This document shows positions 13,252-24,899 of a stretch of DNA of 57,902 bases, in pieces (the stretch's first letter is position 1; each line of letters opens with the position of its first letter). The notes under the pieces are model-generated. The model did not search any database. It worked only from the letters and a program-made list of their open reading frames with translations, and was not told the origin of the DNA. The position numbers and the translations under genes were made by a program. This stretch comes from Moniliella sp. 'wahieum' (lineage: Eukaryota): positions 248,001 to 305,902 of the forward strand of contig RSEE01000085.1 of NCBI GenBank assembly GCA_003971905.1, in the 5' to 3' direction.

Positions 13252-15810
13252 CTAAGTGATAAAGGCCCAAATCGTGCCCACAATGGCCGCCACTGCCGAG
13301 ACGGTCAGCAGGGCCACATCACCAGCGATCCGCATCCAACTCATCTCGTGACCAAATAGCTTCAAGTTGGCCAAGAGAGGGCCCAGGACACAGGTCGTGA
13401 TCACGAGGAACGAGCCGAGGAAAGCCATCGTCTTCTCAAACCCGGGCAGTACGATGGCCGTCAAGACAATCAGGCCAGCCAGAGTTACTTGGACCGCAAT
13501 GCGAGCCGGGCGATGCCAGCGTGGCTCGGATGCTGATGGAGATTGATCCGCGTTCATGAGAAGCGGCGAGGTCACAGTTTGCCCAGCTGTGGCGGGAAGG
13601 GGCAAGTCCCAGCTGAACGACTTCTTGGATTGGGTGGGTGATCCTTTTCTTTGGGCAGCTGGACCAACATGTGTTGGAGAGAGCGCCGGTACAGGTTGCG
13701 GGCACTGATCTGAGTCTGGTGAGAGGGATCCGTAGGAATGTGGGCTTGCAGGAGGGGGAGGTTGGGAGTGCGTGGAATGGGTGGGATGAGGCTCTCGATT
13801 CCCAACGTGCCCTCGAAAGTGTTGATGATAGGACGAGATGCGAGGGCAAACTTGGACAAGGGGTTGACGACAATGAGCCAGACGGCAATGCGGTTGAACG
13901 TCTCGGGGAAGCCAGGGGTCTGGGCAAGGTCCTTGGTGATCTCGTCGCTCACCGAGCGGCCAAACATGGCGTAACCGGCAGCAGCCATGGTGAGATACAG
14001 GATTGTCGCCGTCACATAAGCCCGGTTAAGCATAGAGGGGAAGCGTCTGGGTTCGCGCATGTCGCGCGCGAGGCTGGGGATAACGGGGTGAGAGCTGAAG
14101 CCACTCATGATCAAGCCAAAGGATAACGGCAGACGCATCCAGTCGGGCACCGCCGACGCGCTGCTGTTCCACTGATGCAGGCTACCCGGAGACGTAGGTT
14201 TGATAAACCCGTCCACCACTACTACCACCACGAGAGTAAAGGCAGAGAGAATGCCAACGACACTGACTGGCGAAAGAAGCTTGAGCGGGAGGAAGATGGT
14301 TGGGAGCACCAATGCAAGGCACAAAACCTTGTAAGTGTTGCTCCCAGGCCCGTTGGGGAAGATGGCGTGGAGGCTGTCGGCAAAGAGAATAACGAGTGCC
14401 ACGCAGACCGCCCACAGTTCAAGGCAGAAAAGCGTGCTGACCCACGCACGCGCGCGCGGCCCAAACGCATAGCTTCCAATGTCGGCGTACGTGCGAAGCC
14501 GGCCATTGCGGGCCATAATGCCAAAAAGAACCTTGCCCGTGTAGCTGGTTAGCAGCCCACACACCAAGAACAGCAGCGGCCCCAAGATCCAGCCGGCATA
14601 GCTGAATGCCAACGGCGTGGCAAGGATGCCGACGCCCATCACCGCATTCAAGGTGTTGAACCAGCTCTGAAGAAAGGTGCTCCTTCCCGCAGGGAACGCC
14701 ACTCCTTTGGTGGTGTCAGAGGAGGGGTTACCATTGCGCTTCAGTACACTGCCCGCAGTAAATTGGCTGAAGTGCGCCATTGGTAGTGGTGGGCAATCCC
14801 TCTCTCCATTAGGAATGTCGGTAACCAAAAATGGAGGCTTGTCCGCATCGCCATCTTCTGCCTGATGGGCACGGGCCTGGCTAAAGCGCGCTGATCCATT
14901 TCGCCTCCCCGAGTCCCCGCCCCACGAGAATGGCTTCCTCGGGTACGAGAACGACTCGACTTTCGCCATTCGAAGAAGCGCTTCGGCTGTGAGGGGTGGA
15001 GGATCCTCCATTGGCAACAGAATTGATCCCCCCGGGGAAAGACTAGGTGGGGAAGACCGGCCGAAGGGGCGGTTGGGCCTGTAGCAGTACGAGTGCGAGA
15101 GTGGGAGCGGGAGCGGGAGCCACTCAATCTCCGACCCCGACCATCGTCCGAGTTGGTATCATCATCTTCGAGAGTGCGGAGCTTGGCATTGCGAGCTTGC
15201 AAGGCAGCGCGACTGAGGTTACTCAGTCCAGGTACCGAGCGACCGCGTGACCGCCGATCAGGCACAGGCTTGAGTGCGTTGGAGGGAAGCTGCTCCGAAG
15301 CCCATTGGGACTGCGCATTGCGGGGATATTGCGGTCTGGAATCGCAGTATCACTCGCGTGGAAGCGGCGACGCTCTCTACGGGCGTTACTCACCAGCATC
15401 GTCATTGTCCGAATCGCTTCGGGACTCGTCGCTGTCGTACTCTTCGTCGCTGTACTGATCCTCCTCGTCTCCGTCAAGAAAAAGATCATCATCCTCATCC
15501 TCGTCCGAGTATTCGTAAGAATCTGACGTGAGGGAAGGTCCTTCGGCTTCTGAATCGGCTGGAGTAGACGTGCCTGAGGCGGCAGGCAGGGCAAAGCGCT
15601 CGACAAAGGAGGAGACGTGCCAGTGTTCTCCCCATAAAAGCCTGGGAGCGAGTAAGACCAAACAAGGTCCAAGCTGCTCTTCCAGGGGGGCTGTTGGTGG
15701 CCTGACACTTCGCGGGTGCGGGTGCGGTGGGACGGAACCTGGAGCAGCAACGCCACGGCCCACTGGGGCAGGGAAGGGCGAGGAGCCGGGATGGAGCGGG
15801 TACCTGCCAT
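13252..15810 (-). CDS. AVT1: Vacuolar amino-acid transporter, Avt1-like (Aa_trans/AAAP family; frameshifted)
   Basis: STFLQSWFNTLNAVMGVGILATPLAFSYAGW, RTYADIGSYAFG, GFSSHPVIPSLARDM, NPLSKFAL, PGFEKTMAFLGS; multiple TM segments; long acidic/Ser-rich N-terminus. The start at 15810 is tentative. Confidence 0.88.
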
Positions 15811-17173
15811 TGGGCAGAGGCAGGGGTGGCGGCGAGATACAGACGAGTGGTTGGGGGGGATGAGAAGGATGGGGCTGGCGCTGGCGCCGGAGGGGGGGTG
15901 GTGGAGGTGAGTGGGGATGGTTGGGTGGCCCCAGGGTGGGTCCGGACTGCCGAACAAGAAAAAAAGTCCGGCACCTGCCAGATCCAGGCTGTGCAGCTTA
16001 CAGCCGGTAGTACGTACTAGTCACCTGACAGTCATCGGTCAGACCATCCTCATGCATCACTTCAAGCTACAGTCACTGGCTCCCTGCGACGGACGAAGCC
16101 GAAGACCCTTATCGGAGGCAACCTTCCACCCCCACCTGCGTTCTCGTGCCCAGACGATGAAGCGATGGGTCGCACTGGCGCCAAGGCGGCACTGCCTGTC
16201 TGTGTGTGGCCGCTGGCCGGGGAGCTTCAAGCTTCCAGCTTCACATCTTCACATGTCACTTCATGACATGACGGCCGACTGCCCGTAGAAGTGGACCATC
16301 GCCATCACTTGTATCACTAGTTGGTCACTAGCACCAGCACTACGTTGGTCTGAAGAATGCGCTTCGCTTCTTCCAGATGCCCAGCCAGGCTAGGGCAGTT
16401 TGCTACTCTAGTATCTGACCGCTGCCATGCCCCACAAAACAGCGGGGTATTATCGAACCTCGCATACGTCGTTAGGGTTCCCCATGAATGCGAACCTGTG
16501 TGCGCTCCGCCGAAGGACTTTATATAAGTGTGTTTCTCTGTGGGCCCTGTGCATCAAGCCTAACAAAGTAGTGTCATTTGATTCATTAAATCGAGTTCAG
16601 TTTGAGTGCACGGACAAATGGCCACACGATTGAATCCGCCAGTAGGGCCTTTTCTTGCGTGATGTCCAAACGTTTAAGTGAACAACGTATTACGTGCAAA
16701 TAATTATTAGAGCAAACGTATCCAAAAGTAACTTTGCAAGCACAAAAGCAATACAAGACTGCCTGATGTTGCGAAAAAAACAGAGTCCAATACGGTGCGT
16801 ATGGCAATATGTGTTCGAATCGCTCATCAACGCAGCCTTAACAACTACGACCAGAATGCTGCTCTCCACGGGAGTATGTTCATGCGCGCTCTTAGCCGCT
16901 CATCTAGCATTGCATCATTGATTCATCATTGATTCATCATCGCATCATCACCATCTGCATGACCCGGTCTTTGGAGTTCTGGCAGTGTATAGAACAGTAT
17001 GAGAGGTGTACACCGTTTTTGCAAAAACTTCTAAAACCAGGGAGTCCGTCAAGGCATGTACCGCATCAAACTCGCTCGGTCTGCCTTTGTGATCAGCTCG
17101 TGCCCATTCAATCAAAAGGTGCCAATGATGACCACAGTAGGTCGGGGGACTCTCTGACAATTTCTAAACCAGA

Positions 17174-17263
17174 TATAGTGCAAGTAGATACTGTGCAGTT
17201 GTGCGTTTTGTCTGAGCGTTCAGATGAACGTCGCCCATGAGACTCTTCAACAAGTTCTTCCAG
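17174..17263 (+). repeat. 90-bp exact dispersed direct repeat, copy 1 (copy 2 at 35851..35940)
   Basis: TATAGTGCAAGTAGATACTG...CAACAAGTTCTTCCAG is identical at both sites; the flanks differ on both sides. Confidence 0.95.
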
Positions 17264-17969
17264 TGTTCCAACATCCTGGCAATCTGATGGCGTAACATCC
17301 GGTGCGTTTAATCATGGCCACAACGAGAGAGGAACACAGGCCTTGGCTGCATCCTTGCGGCGCTGTAAAATATAGAGTCCCACAGCAGTCAATAAAAAGG
17401 CCGTATATACGAGCAGGAGGTCTTCCCAACTGCCTCTGACATTCTGTGATTTACAGTCTGGTTTGTCCACCAAAATGTCGCCCCGGTCTGTCATATGAGG
17501 GCATGCCCTCAAAGTGGAGGCCTCCGAAGCACGTGGTTGAGATGTTCGAGTGAAGTTGGGTGCACTCGGTGGAACTTGGAGGTGGACAATACAGTGATGA
17601 GTTACAAGTTACTTGACAACGTTTAAGGAAGCCCCCACTGCGCTGCTTCCTATAGCTTCACCGCTCCTATATATAGTAGCTTCACCCACAAAGGAGTGGT
17701 GGACGGACACGGGGTTCTGAGACACCAACGTAGGGAGCAGGCTGATCAATGATCGATGAGATCGATGATCATCAACTATTGAAATGTACCCTTGTTGACC
17801 CGGCCAAGAAGGGGTCAACCCTAACATGACCACAACCGACCGTGTCGAAAACAGCCGGCGCAATAAAACGTGGGGTGCGGAGCGGATGTGCACGGTTGGC
17901 TATTGGCCCTGGGACATCCGAGCAGGTTGTCTCCCGCACCATCCACCTCTGGCCGTACTTCACTCAACC

Positions 17970-18584
17970 ATGGCTCCTACGAAGAAGACACAGCGTTCCG
18001 TCCTCAAGGACGTCGTGACCGTGAGTATCCTGCTGGGACTCTGAATGCCGTCCTTTGCATCCCGAGATGCATGAAGGTCTGCCGGTCGACGCCTCGGTCC
18101 CGGTCTCTGTAAGAGGCCGGTACCCTCCCCCCTTAGGGGGGAATCGTCGAGAGCGTTTGGCAGGTTTTGCCCTTCGCTTGGCTATTTTGCCCTGTGCGCA
18201 TTACGACATCGCTTGGTCTGCTTTGGGTGTGCCCGATTGGCTAACTTGTTTCCTTTGTTTTGGTTGGTAGCGCGAGTACACGATCCACTTGGCCAAGCGT
18301 GTTTTCCGCATGCAAGACAAGAAGACGGCCCTCGTGCCATCAAGGAGGTTGTCCGTTTTGCCCAGCGCGCTATGAGCGTCAAGGACGTTCGCATCGACCC
18401 TAAGCTCAACGAGGAGATTTGGAAGTTGGGCGTCAAGTCGGTTCCGCGCCGGATTCGGGTGCGTCTGGAGCGCAAGCGCAATGACGATGAGGACGCCAAG
18501 GAGAAGCTTTACGTTGTGGCCACGCCCGTGTTTGGCATCACCTCGTTCAAGGGCCTCGAGACTGTCGTTATTGACCAGGAGTAA
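17970..18584 (+). CDS. RPL31: 60S ribosomal protein eL31
   Basis: [24 protein letters not shown] across intron 18021..18270 (GTGAGT...CTAAC...TAG); [41 protein letters not shown]. Confidence 0.97.
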
Positions 18585-19952
18585 ACTGTTGAATACGCTT
18601 TCTGTCCCCGTGTCATCATGCCGTCCCCTAGGATATACTCATCTCCTTACTTTGGTCGGCCACACTTTGTGGCCCGTCCGCGACCGTGGATCCCCCACAC
18701 CAAAATATGAATACCTGCCTCGCTCATGTGCTTGCCATGTAGTTGTTTCTGTATGTTGGGCTGGCCGAGTCGCAACCATAACCTTAGCCATCGATCAAGG
18801 CAAGCCGTCAAGTTCCAAGAGAGGCTTTCTGCTTTGGCCAGTGTAGGTGCCTGTCAACTGCCCCCCGATCACATGTATGCCAACGTTGCTGCTGTGCATA
18901 TCTGATTCGATTCCAATCTTGAAGATAGCTCGGCGCAATGAGGTTGTTGCATGGATTCATTGGATCGGTCGTTGGTTGAATGATGACGAAATCGCACATA
19001 CGCTCCATCGTCCTGACATCGGCCATCAGTGCGTCTCAGTAGGCCTCAGACCTCAGATCACAGACTTCAGAAGGCGGGTAGGCTCCACTGCACCAGATTC
19101 GCCACCAAGGTTCGCGCATCGGGGGGGACGTGCCACAGTGGGAGATAGGAGATCATAGAACTGCTGTGGCGTGTTACCAACGGATGGTTAGTAGGGAGCC
19201 ACAGTCCGATGAGTTTGGTACCCATCCATATTCAATGGCCCACTTGCCGCACCTTCCTTCCCACCCCCCTCGTAACTCAGTGTAGCTTTCGCGCAACTCA
19301 TGGCTCCATATCGCGCCTCGCTGCGCGCACAGCCAGTCTTCCTATAGCTGTCTCTCCCCCCTTGGGTCGGGAGTCGCTGCCACCACTAGTACCATGGTTT
19401 GGTGATGGGCATGCGCAGGCTGGTAGGCGGGTAAAAAAAATCCATACAAACCGTCATAGAGCGACTAGCGGGGAAACGGCGGGGCAGAGCAAAGCATGGT
19501 TTGGTAGGCGAGAAACAAGGGAAGGAAGAGAACAGCGATCAAACAAAGAGCAAAAGAGGAACAAAAGAGGAACGGAAGAAAGGCAGGAGTAAGGGGCATG
19601 GAGCAAGGGGAAAGGGGCAAGGAACAAGGAGCAAGGGAGACAAGGGGCAAGGGAGACAAGGGCAACGGGCAAGGAAGGGCGAACGGGGAGAAAAAAAGAG
19701 AAAGACAAAACCAAAGAGGGCGCACGCAGATCTTCGCACCAGGAAACAATGAGGCTCGTAAATCGTAACCATGTCAAGACGTGTGCGGGGTAGGGAACAT
19801 GCACACTTGGTCCACCTGCTCCAGCCGAAGGCGTGGCTGACGACACCGGAAAGAGCAGGGGCAGGGACAGGGATCAGGAGGGGGCTCGCCTCAGGCCCGC
19901 TAAAGGGCCAGAGGGGACCAAAGAAGGGAAAGGGAAAGGGAAAGAATGGGGG

Positions 19953-22900
19953 TTAATTGTACCACCGCTCCTGAGGCGGGGCGTGGTAGCCCTGCCCAGC
20001 CTGCGGGGCCGGGGGCTGGGAAGGGAAGTTAGAGTAGGGCATGGTTTGCGTAGGAGCGGGGTGGTGGGCCGAGGGGTGGTACGCGTGGCCAAGGTAGGCG
20101 AGGGGGAGAGGTGGTGGCCTTGGTGCGGCGAAACGGAGGGGTCGGTAACATGGCCCACATGGGGCGGAACATGGTTCATGTGGCCGGGCACGTGCGCCAT
20201 GTGGCTCGCAGGCGGGAAATGGGACGGAGTGACAGGCGGCGGGTAGATCCCGTAGCCATCGCCTTGACGCGGAAGAACAGGATCGTAATAGTACGGTCCA
20301 GGGCGTTGACGCGGTCCCGGTCGACTGCCTACCGGCGAGGGCATCGTGCCCCCCTTGCGGCCCAGCTCCCGCAATGGGCGGCAACCCGGGGGAGTAGGAC
20401 CCAAGGACAGCCGCCGATCCACCGTGTGGGGGGGCAAGACACTCATCCCTCCCATCGGGTCAACGCTCACCCTTCGATCCGAAGGGGCAGGCGCGACGTG
20501 GAACCGGGCCGGGCCCAGCGGGATGACCGGTTGACGTAGGCGGAGGGGGCGAATTGGGATCGACAAACATGTGCGCCTGCACCGGGTCCGAGGGGGTAGG
20601 GGAGGGGCCATACAACCCAGCTGACGGGGCCAGACGCGCGTTGCCTGGTCCAACAAGGGGGTTGGATGCCAAGGCAGGATCGGACTGGCGCATGGTATAC
20701 GACGGAAGGAAGCGCGTGTCGCTGTCGGTGGGAGAAAACGCCGTAGGAGCCGTAGTGCCCGCGGCGAGATGTGCATTCGGAAGGGGTGGCTCCAGTACGC
20801 TGGCCCCCGTAGAGGCTGGGGCGCCGTGAGGTGGCAGCGGGTTAGGCGGCTGAGCTGGTAGCTGGGCCTCCTCGGGGCTCAGCGACGCATCCGTCACGCC
20901 CCGAGCCAACCCCGAAGCGTGGAGCTTATTGCTGGCCCCGCTTGCTGAATCGCCGCGGGAGGTTGCACCGCCGGGGCAAGTTTGCGTCCTGAAGCCCGCC
21001 TTCCTCCCGCCCCGGTCGCGTTGGGTCCGGCCGAAGTTGCAGAGGAAGCATCGGCCGGCTCCTCGACTGTCCCCTCATTGTGAAGGAAGCTGTTCATCGA
21101 GGCCTGCGACACCCATCCTCCCCACCAGACCGCCTCATGCGGCGCCATCAGGTTGAGTCCATACCGACTGCCCTGCAGCAAGCATCGATCAACCCCCCCT
21201 TGCGAGGCTGAGCTGGGTATAGTCTCCTCCAAGTCAGGAGATTCGCCCAAGAACCTGGGCGCGAAGAACGGCCCAAAGCACCTTGCGGCGGCACGCCCGC
21301 TCCAACCGAGAGAGAGAGAGAAGGCCCGCTCGACGTGTCTAGACCGGCGAGACGAAAGAGTTCTTTCATCTGGTCAAGCAACTTGGTCCCATACATGCGT
21401 GAATGCGGAGCATAGAGGTTGGTCTTATTGAAGGAGGGAAAAACGAGGAACTTGGGTTCCAGCGGCTGGTTGCCATTAAGCCGGACACAAAATTGGGCCC
21501 AACGCGTAATAGTGCCAGCGGGATCCAGCGTTGGCTTTTCGGCCTGGTACTGGAGACAGTACGTCTTGGGCTGCCGATCGTTGTTTTCTCGCCAGGGTAG
21601 AGTGACCACGGCGGTCGGGGTAGGCGTAGTTTGGGTCGACAGCGCTGCCGGGTCCATCGGTGAGACCGAGCGTACCCTTCAACAGTTTCGTAGTGGCCTC
21701 GGGCGAGACAAACTTGCCAGTGTAGTCGCTGAACGAGATGTTCTCCCACTTGAGCAAGAGCAACTCATCGAGGCGCGTCCAGAGCAAGTAGCTGAGGGTC
21801 AAAAAGTGTGCATAAACAGATACAGCACCAGCTCCCGGGAAGACTTGTTGTTCGTGATAGCGTCCTGAACAGACGACATGCATGAGTCAGTAAGAATACC
21901 AAGGGACGAGGGCTGGGGAAGTAGGGCGGGGCAGATGTTTCACACGCACCTCATCCATCGTCTCGTTGCGCAAATATGATAGGACTACGGCCAGCTCAGG
22001 ATAAAGGAGGGGCTTGACTTTCACATGCTCCGAGTCGCGCCGGCGCCGGCGTTCCCCGCCAGTGCGGGAAATGGAATTGTACCGAGCACGGTACCGCTCC
22101 GAGAAACAGGGTTTCCTTTTGCGTGACGCTCATTGAGGTCCTGAATCTGGTCCCAGGCAGCCAATTCGCGCTTCAGACGAAACTTAAAGTAAGCGGCTAG
22201 GGCTGAATTGACCCGACTCACGGTATTGTACGACAAGCCGCGGTCCACCGCATCATCAATGTACAGCAGCATCGCGTCCAGCGTCAATTCCGACACTTGA
22301 TCAAACGAATCGGCAAGCTCGGGCTTGTGGGTCGCCAGCCATTTTTTCATCGTGACAATCGTATCATCATACTGCCGCAATGTACTTTCCGATGGACTTT
22401 GAGTCCAACGGGAACCACGTGCGACAGTGGGACCAGTACTTGGGGACTTGCGTACCGAACGACGACGCGGGGCACCCGACGGCGCCCTCGCTGTCGAATG
22501 CGGATCGGCAGCCACGTCGGGCTTGGCACCGGTGAGGGCCTTGGTACTGGAGCTGCGCCTGCGCGCGACAGAGGCGGGGCAGGAAGAGAGACCGAGGGGA
22601 CCGAGGAACGATGGATAGGGGAGATGGCTCCGACGTTGGTCGTAGTGGAGCGACGGCTGATTTGGAGCAGGGCCGGGTCGGAGTAGGAGAAGGTAGGGGG
22701 GAGGCAGGCGGGGGCTGGGATTGCGCTTGCGCTTGCGATTGCGCTTGCGATTGCGACGGCAGTTGGGGTGCACTGCGGCGATTGGTAGGCGCGCTGCGCA
22801 GGCGGGAAGGGTGGGTGAGGTGCGCTGGTAATAGTATTGGTCGGTATGGGGGGCAACGGCATTGGGCCCCGTGCTAGGATCCGAGTAAGGTGGGCCCAAG

Positions 22901-23108
22901 GGGCCTTCGGACGCGGAGGCACCAACAGGCGCACCCGCGGGACCGGACGACGGGCCAAAGGGGAGGAGTCCCAACTGGGGCCCGACAAGGCAGGGAGCAC
23001 AGCAGAGGCGGCAGGCATGATCGGGCCGCGCGTGGACTGGCTACTGGCGTTTGTAGGGCTGGTGGGGCGAACGATCTGGTAGGGTGTGTATTCGGGTGCG
23101 GGGGGCAT
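19953..23108 (-). CDS. Crypton-like tyrosine-recombinase-fold protein with long Pro/His-rich N- and C-terminal extensions; catalytic His and Tyr apparently substituted
   Basis: Helical core-binding region (TLRQYD...SYNTVSRVNSALAAYF...W...GNP), intron 21865..21949, LLWTRLDELLLLKW (first catalytic Arg), LDP...W, LVFP, YTQLSL(R)KGG at the HxxR box, and WWGGW...SMNSFL at the Tyr box. Assembled across several indels. Confidence 0.75.
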
Positions 23109-24899
23109 GGGGTGAAGCAGGTCGGACACGCGACGTGACGCGAGCAGGCCGTCGATCGGGCGTGCTACGTACGGACAGCGGCAGCAGCAATGGGCACAGC
23201 AGGCTGGCTGGGCTCAACAGCAGCAGCAGCAGGAGAGAGAACAGGGCCCGCAGCCGAGGCGGGGTGCGTGTGGGGGGCGGCGAAAGAAGGCGAAGGGGAG
23301 GGCGGGTGGGCGGGGGTGCCTGAGCGGTCTCGCGGGTGTGGGTTGGGACAGCAGCAGAAAGGAGGCGGAAGAGGTGGGGCGGAGGGGAGCGAGCTGACAC
23401 AGCGAGCGGAGCGGCCGGAGGAGGAGGCAGAAGGGCACGGCGGGGATGGAGGTGGGGCGGAGGCAGAAGCGAGATGGAGAAGGCAGAGCGGATGGAACGC
23501 AGCGGCAAAGACCGAAGAAACGCCCAAGACAAGCGTAGGCAGGCAGGCAAGGAGGGGCCGGTGCTTGGACCGAGTGCAGGCAAGACACGACGACAGAACA
23601 CCCCAGCCAGTCCGCAGGCAGCACGCCAGCCAGCAGACCACAGGCCCACAACCGTCGCAGCGCCCAGCCAGGCCGAGTGCTGGTGCCCAGCCTGCAGCAG
23701 CCGGCAGCGCGTACGCCCGCAGCAAGGAGCAGGCAGGCCGGCCGCACCAGCCCTACGTAGCACGCGCCCCCCCACGCACGGCACTGCAGCACCCACCTCC
23801 CAGCCACCGCAGCGGTGACGGGCAAGTGTGAGGCTGGTGCGCCGCCGAAGCGGTTAGGGACGCGTGACGCAGCTCCCCCCACCGACCGGCCGACCGACCA
23901 AGAGCCCGCGCCTACGTTACCCCTTGCGCCTGCTCCGCGGTCCCTCGCACGCAGCGTGCCAGCAGGGGTGGATGCTGCTGAGCGCTGATGCGCGGATGCA
24001 TGACCGCGGGATGGGAACGGTTGATCGCACCAAGCGATCGCTGCCACCGGCCACCCCTGCAGACGCCCGCCACCGCAGCCCACACTGCCCCCACGGGTGC
24101 GTCTGGTGCGCCTGGGCGCCCCCACGCCGCCGGTGGCTCTGCACCACCCCCGGTCCCACACGGCAAAACTGACACCGCACCGCAGGCACTGCAGCCATCT
24201 TGGGCCGACGCCCCTATGTAGAGGACCGCTGACTGCCACACACGACGCATGACTAGTGACTAATGGTCCGCAACCCCTTCCCCACAGCCTGAGGCGGGTA
24301 CCCTCCAGCGCCTCCCCTGTCTCGTCGCCATCCCAGATCCAATCGGAATCCGGCCAGGCAGGGCGCCAGCCTCGCCGCCAGCCCCTGTGGCCAAGCACCT
24401 GCCGCGCACCAGCGCTGTGTCAGCCACGGAATCTTGTCCGCCCGCTCGTTCTGTTTGCAGATCGAAGACAACCGGCCGATGGCAGTAAATCGAGCAGACA
24501 GCATGGTACCGGGCGGTCTGTCCTGGGGTGCCGGGGATGCCTGCGGGGCCAAGTTGGGCGCGGTGAAAGCGGCAGCGTGATGCATGAAGGGCGACGTGGC
24601 GCACCCTGGCACACCCGTTCTTTGGACATGGGCATGGGCATGCAGCATGCAGCCGCACCGCGTACATGGCCAGCCTGTCGCACCCACCAGCCGCAAGCGC
24701 GCTGCTGCCTGCGCCGACAAGCGACAGCTGCATGGACAGTGCGCTATCGATATCAGCGCGTGTCCCCCATGGCTGAGCTGGTGCCAGGGCGGGACGCAGG
24801 CATTGCCTCACACGGGAACATGTGCTGCTCCCCTGGCACATGGACAGCCTTCCGAAATTTACACAGCAACAGGGCCAGCAGCCATGTGTTGTTGCCGAG

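Noticed and set aside
18021..18270. Possible snoRNA in the long RPL31 intron
   Set aside because: No convincing box C (RTGATGA)/D pair or H/ACA structure seen; long introns are common in ribosomal protein genes.
244..18584. Frameshifts in NUG1, RAD10, EBP2, PRP24 and RPL31 suggesting mass pseudogenisation or programmed frameshifting
   Set aside because: Single-base indels, often in homopolymers, hit even essential genes whose motifs are otherwise intact; best explained by long-read consensus error.
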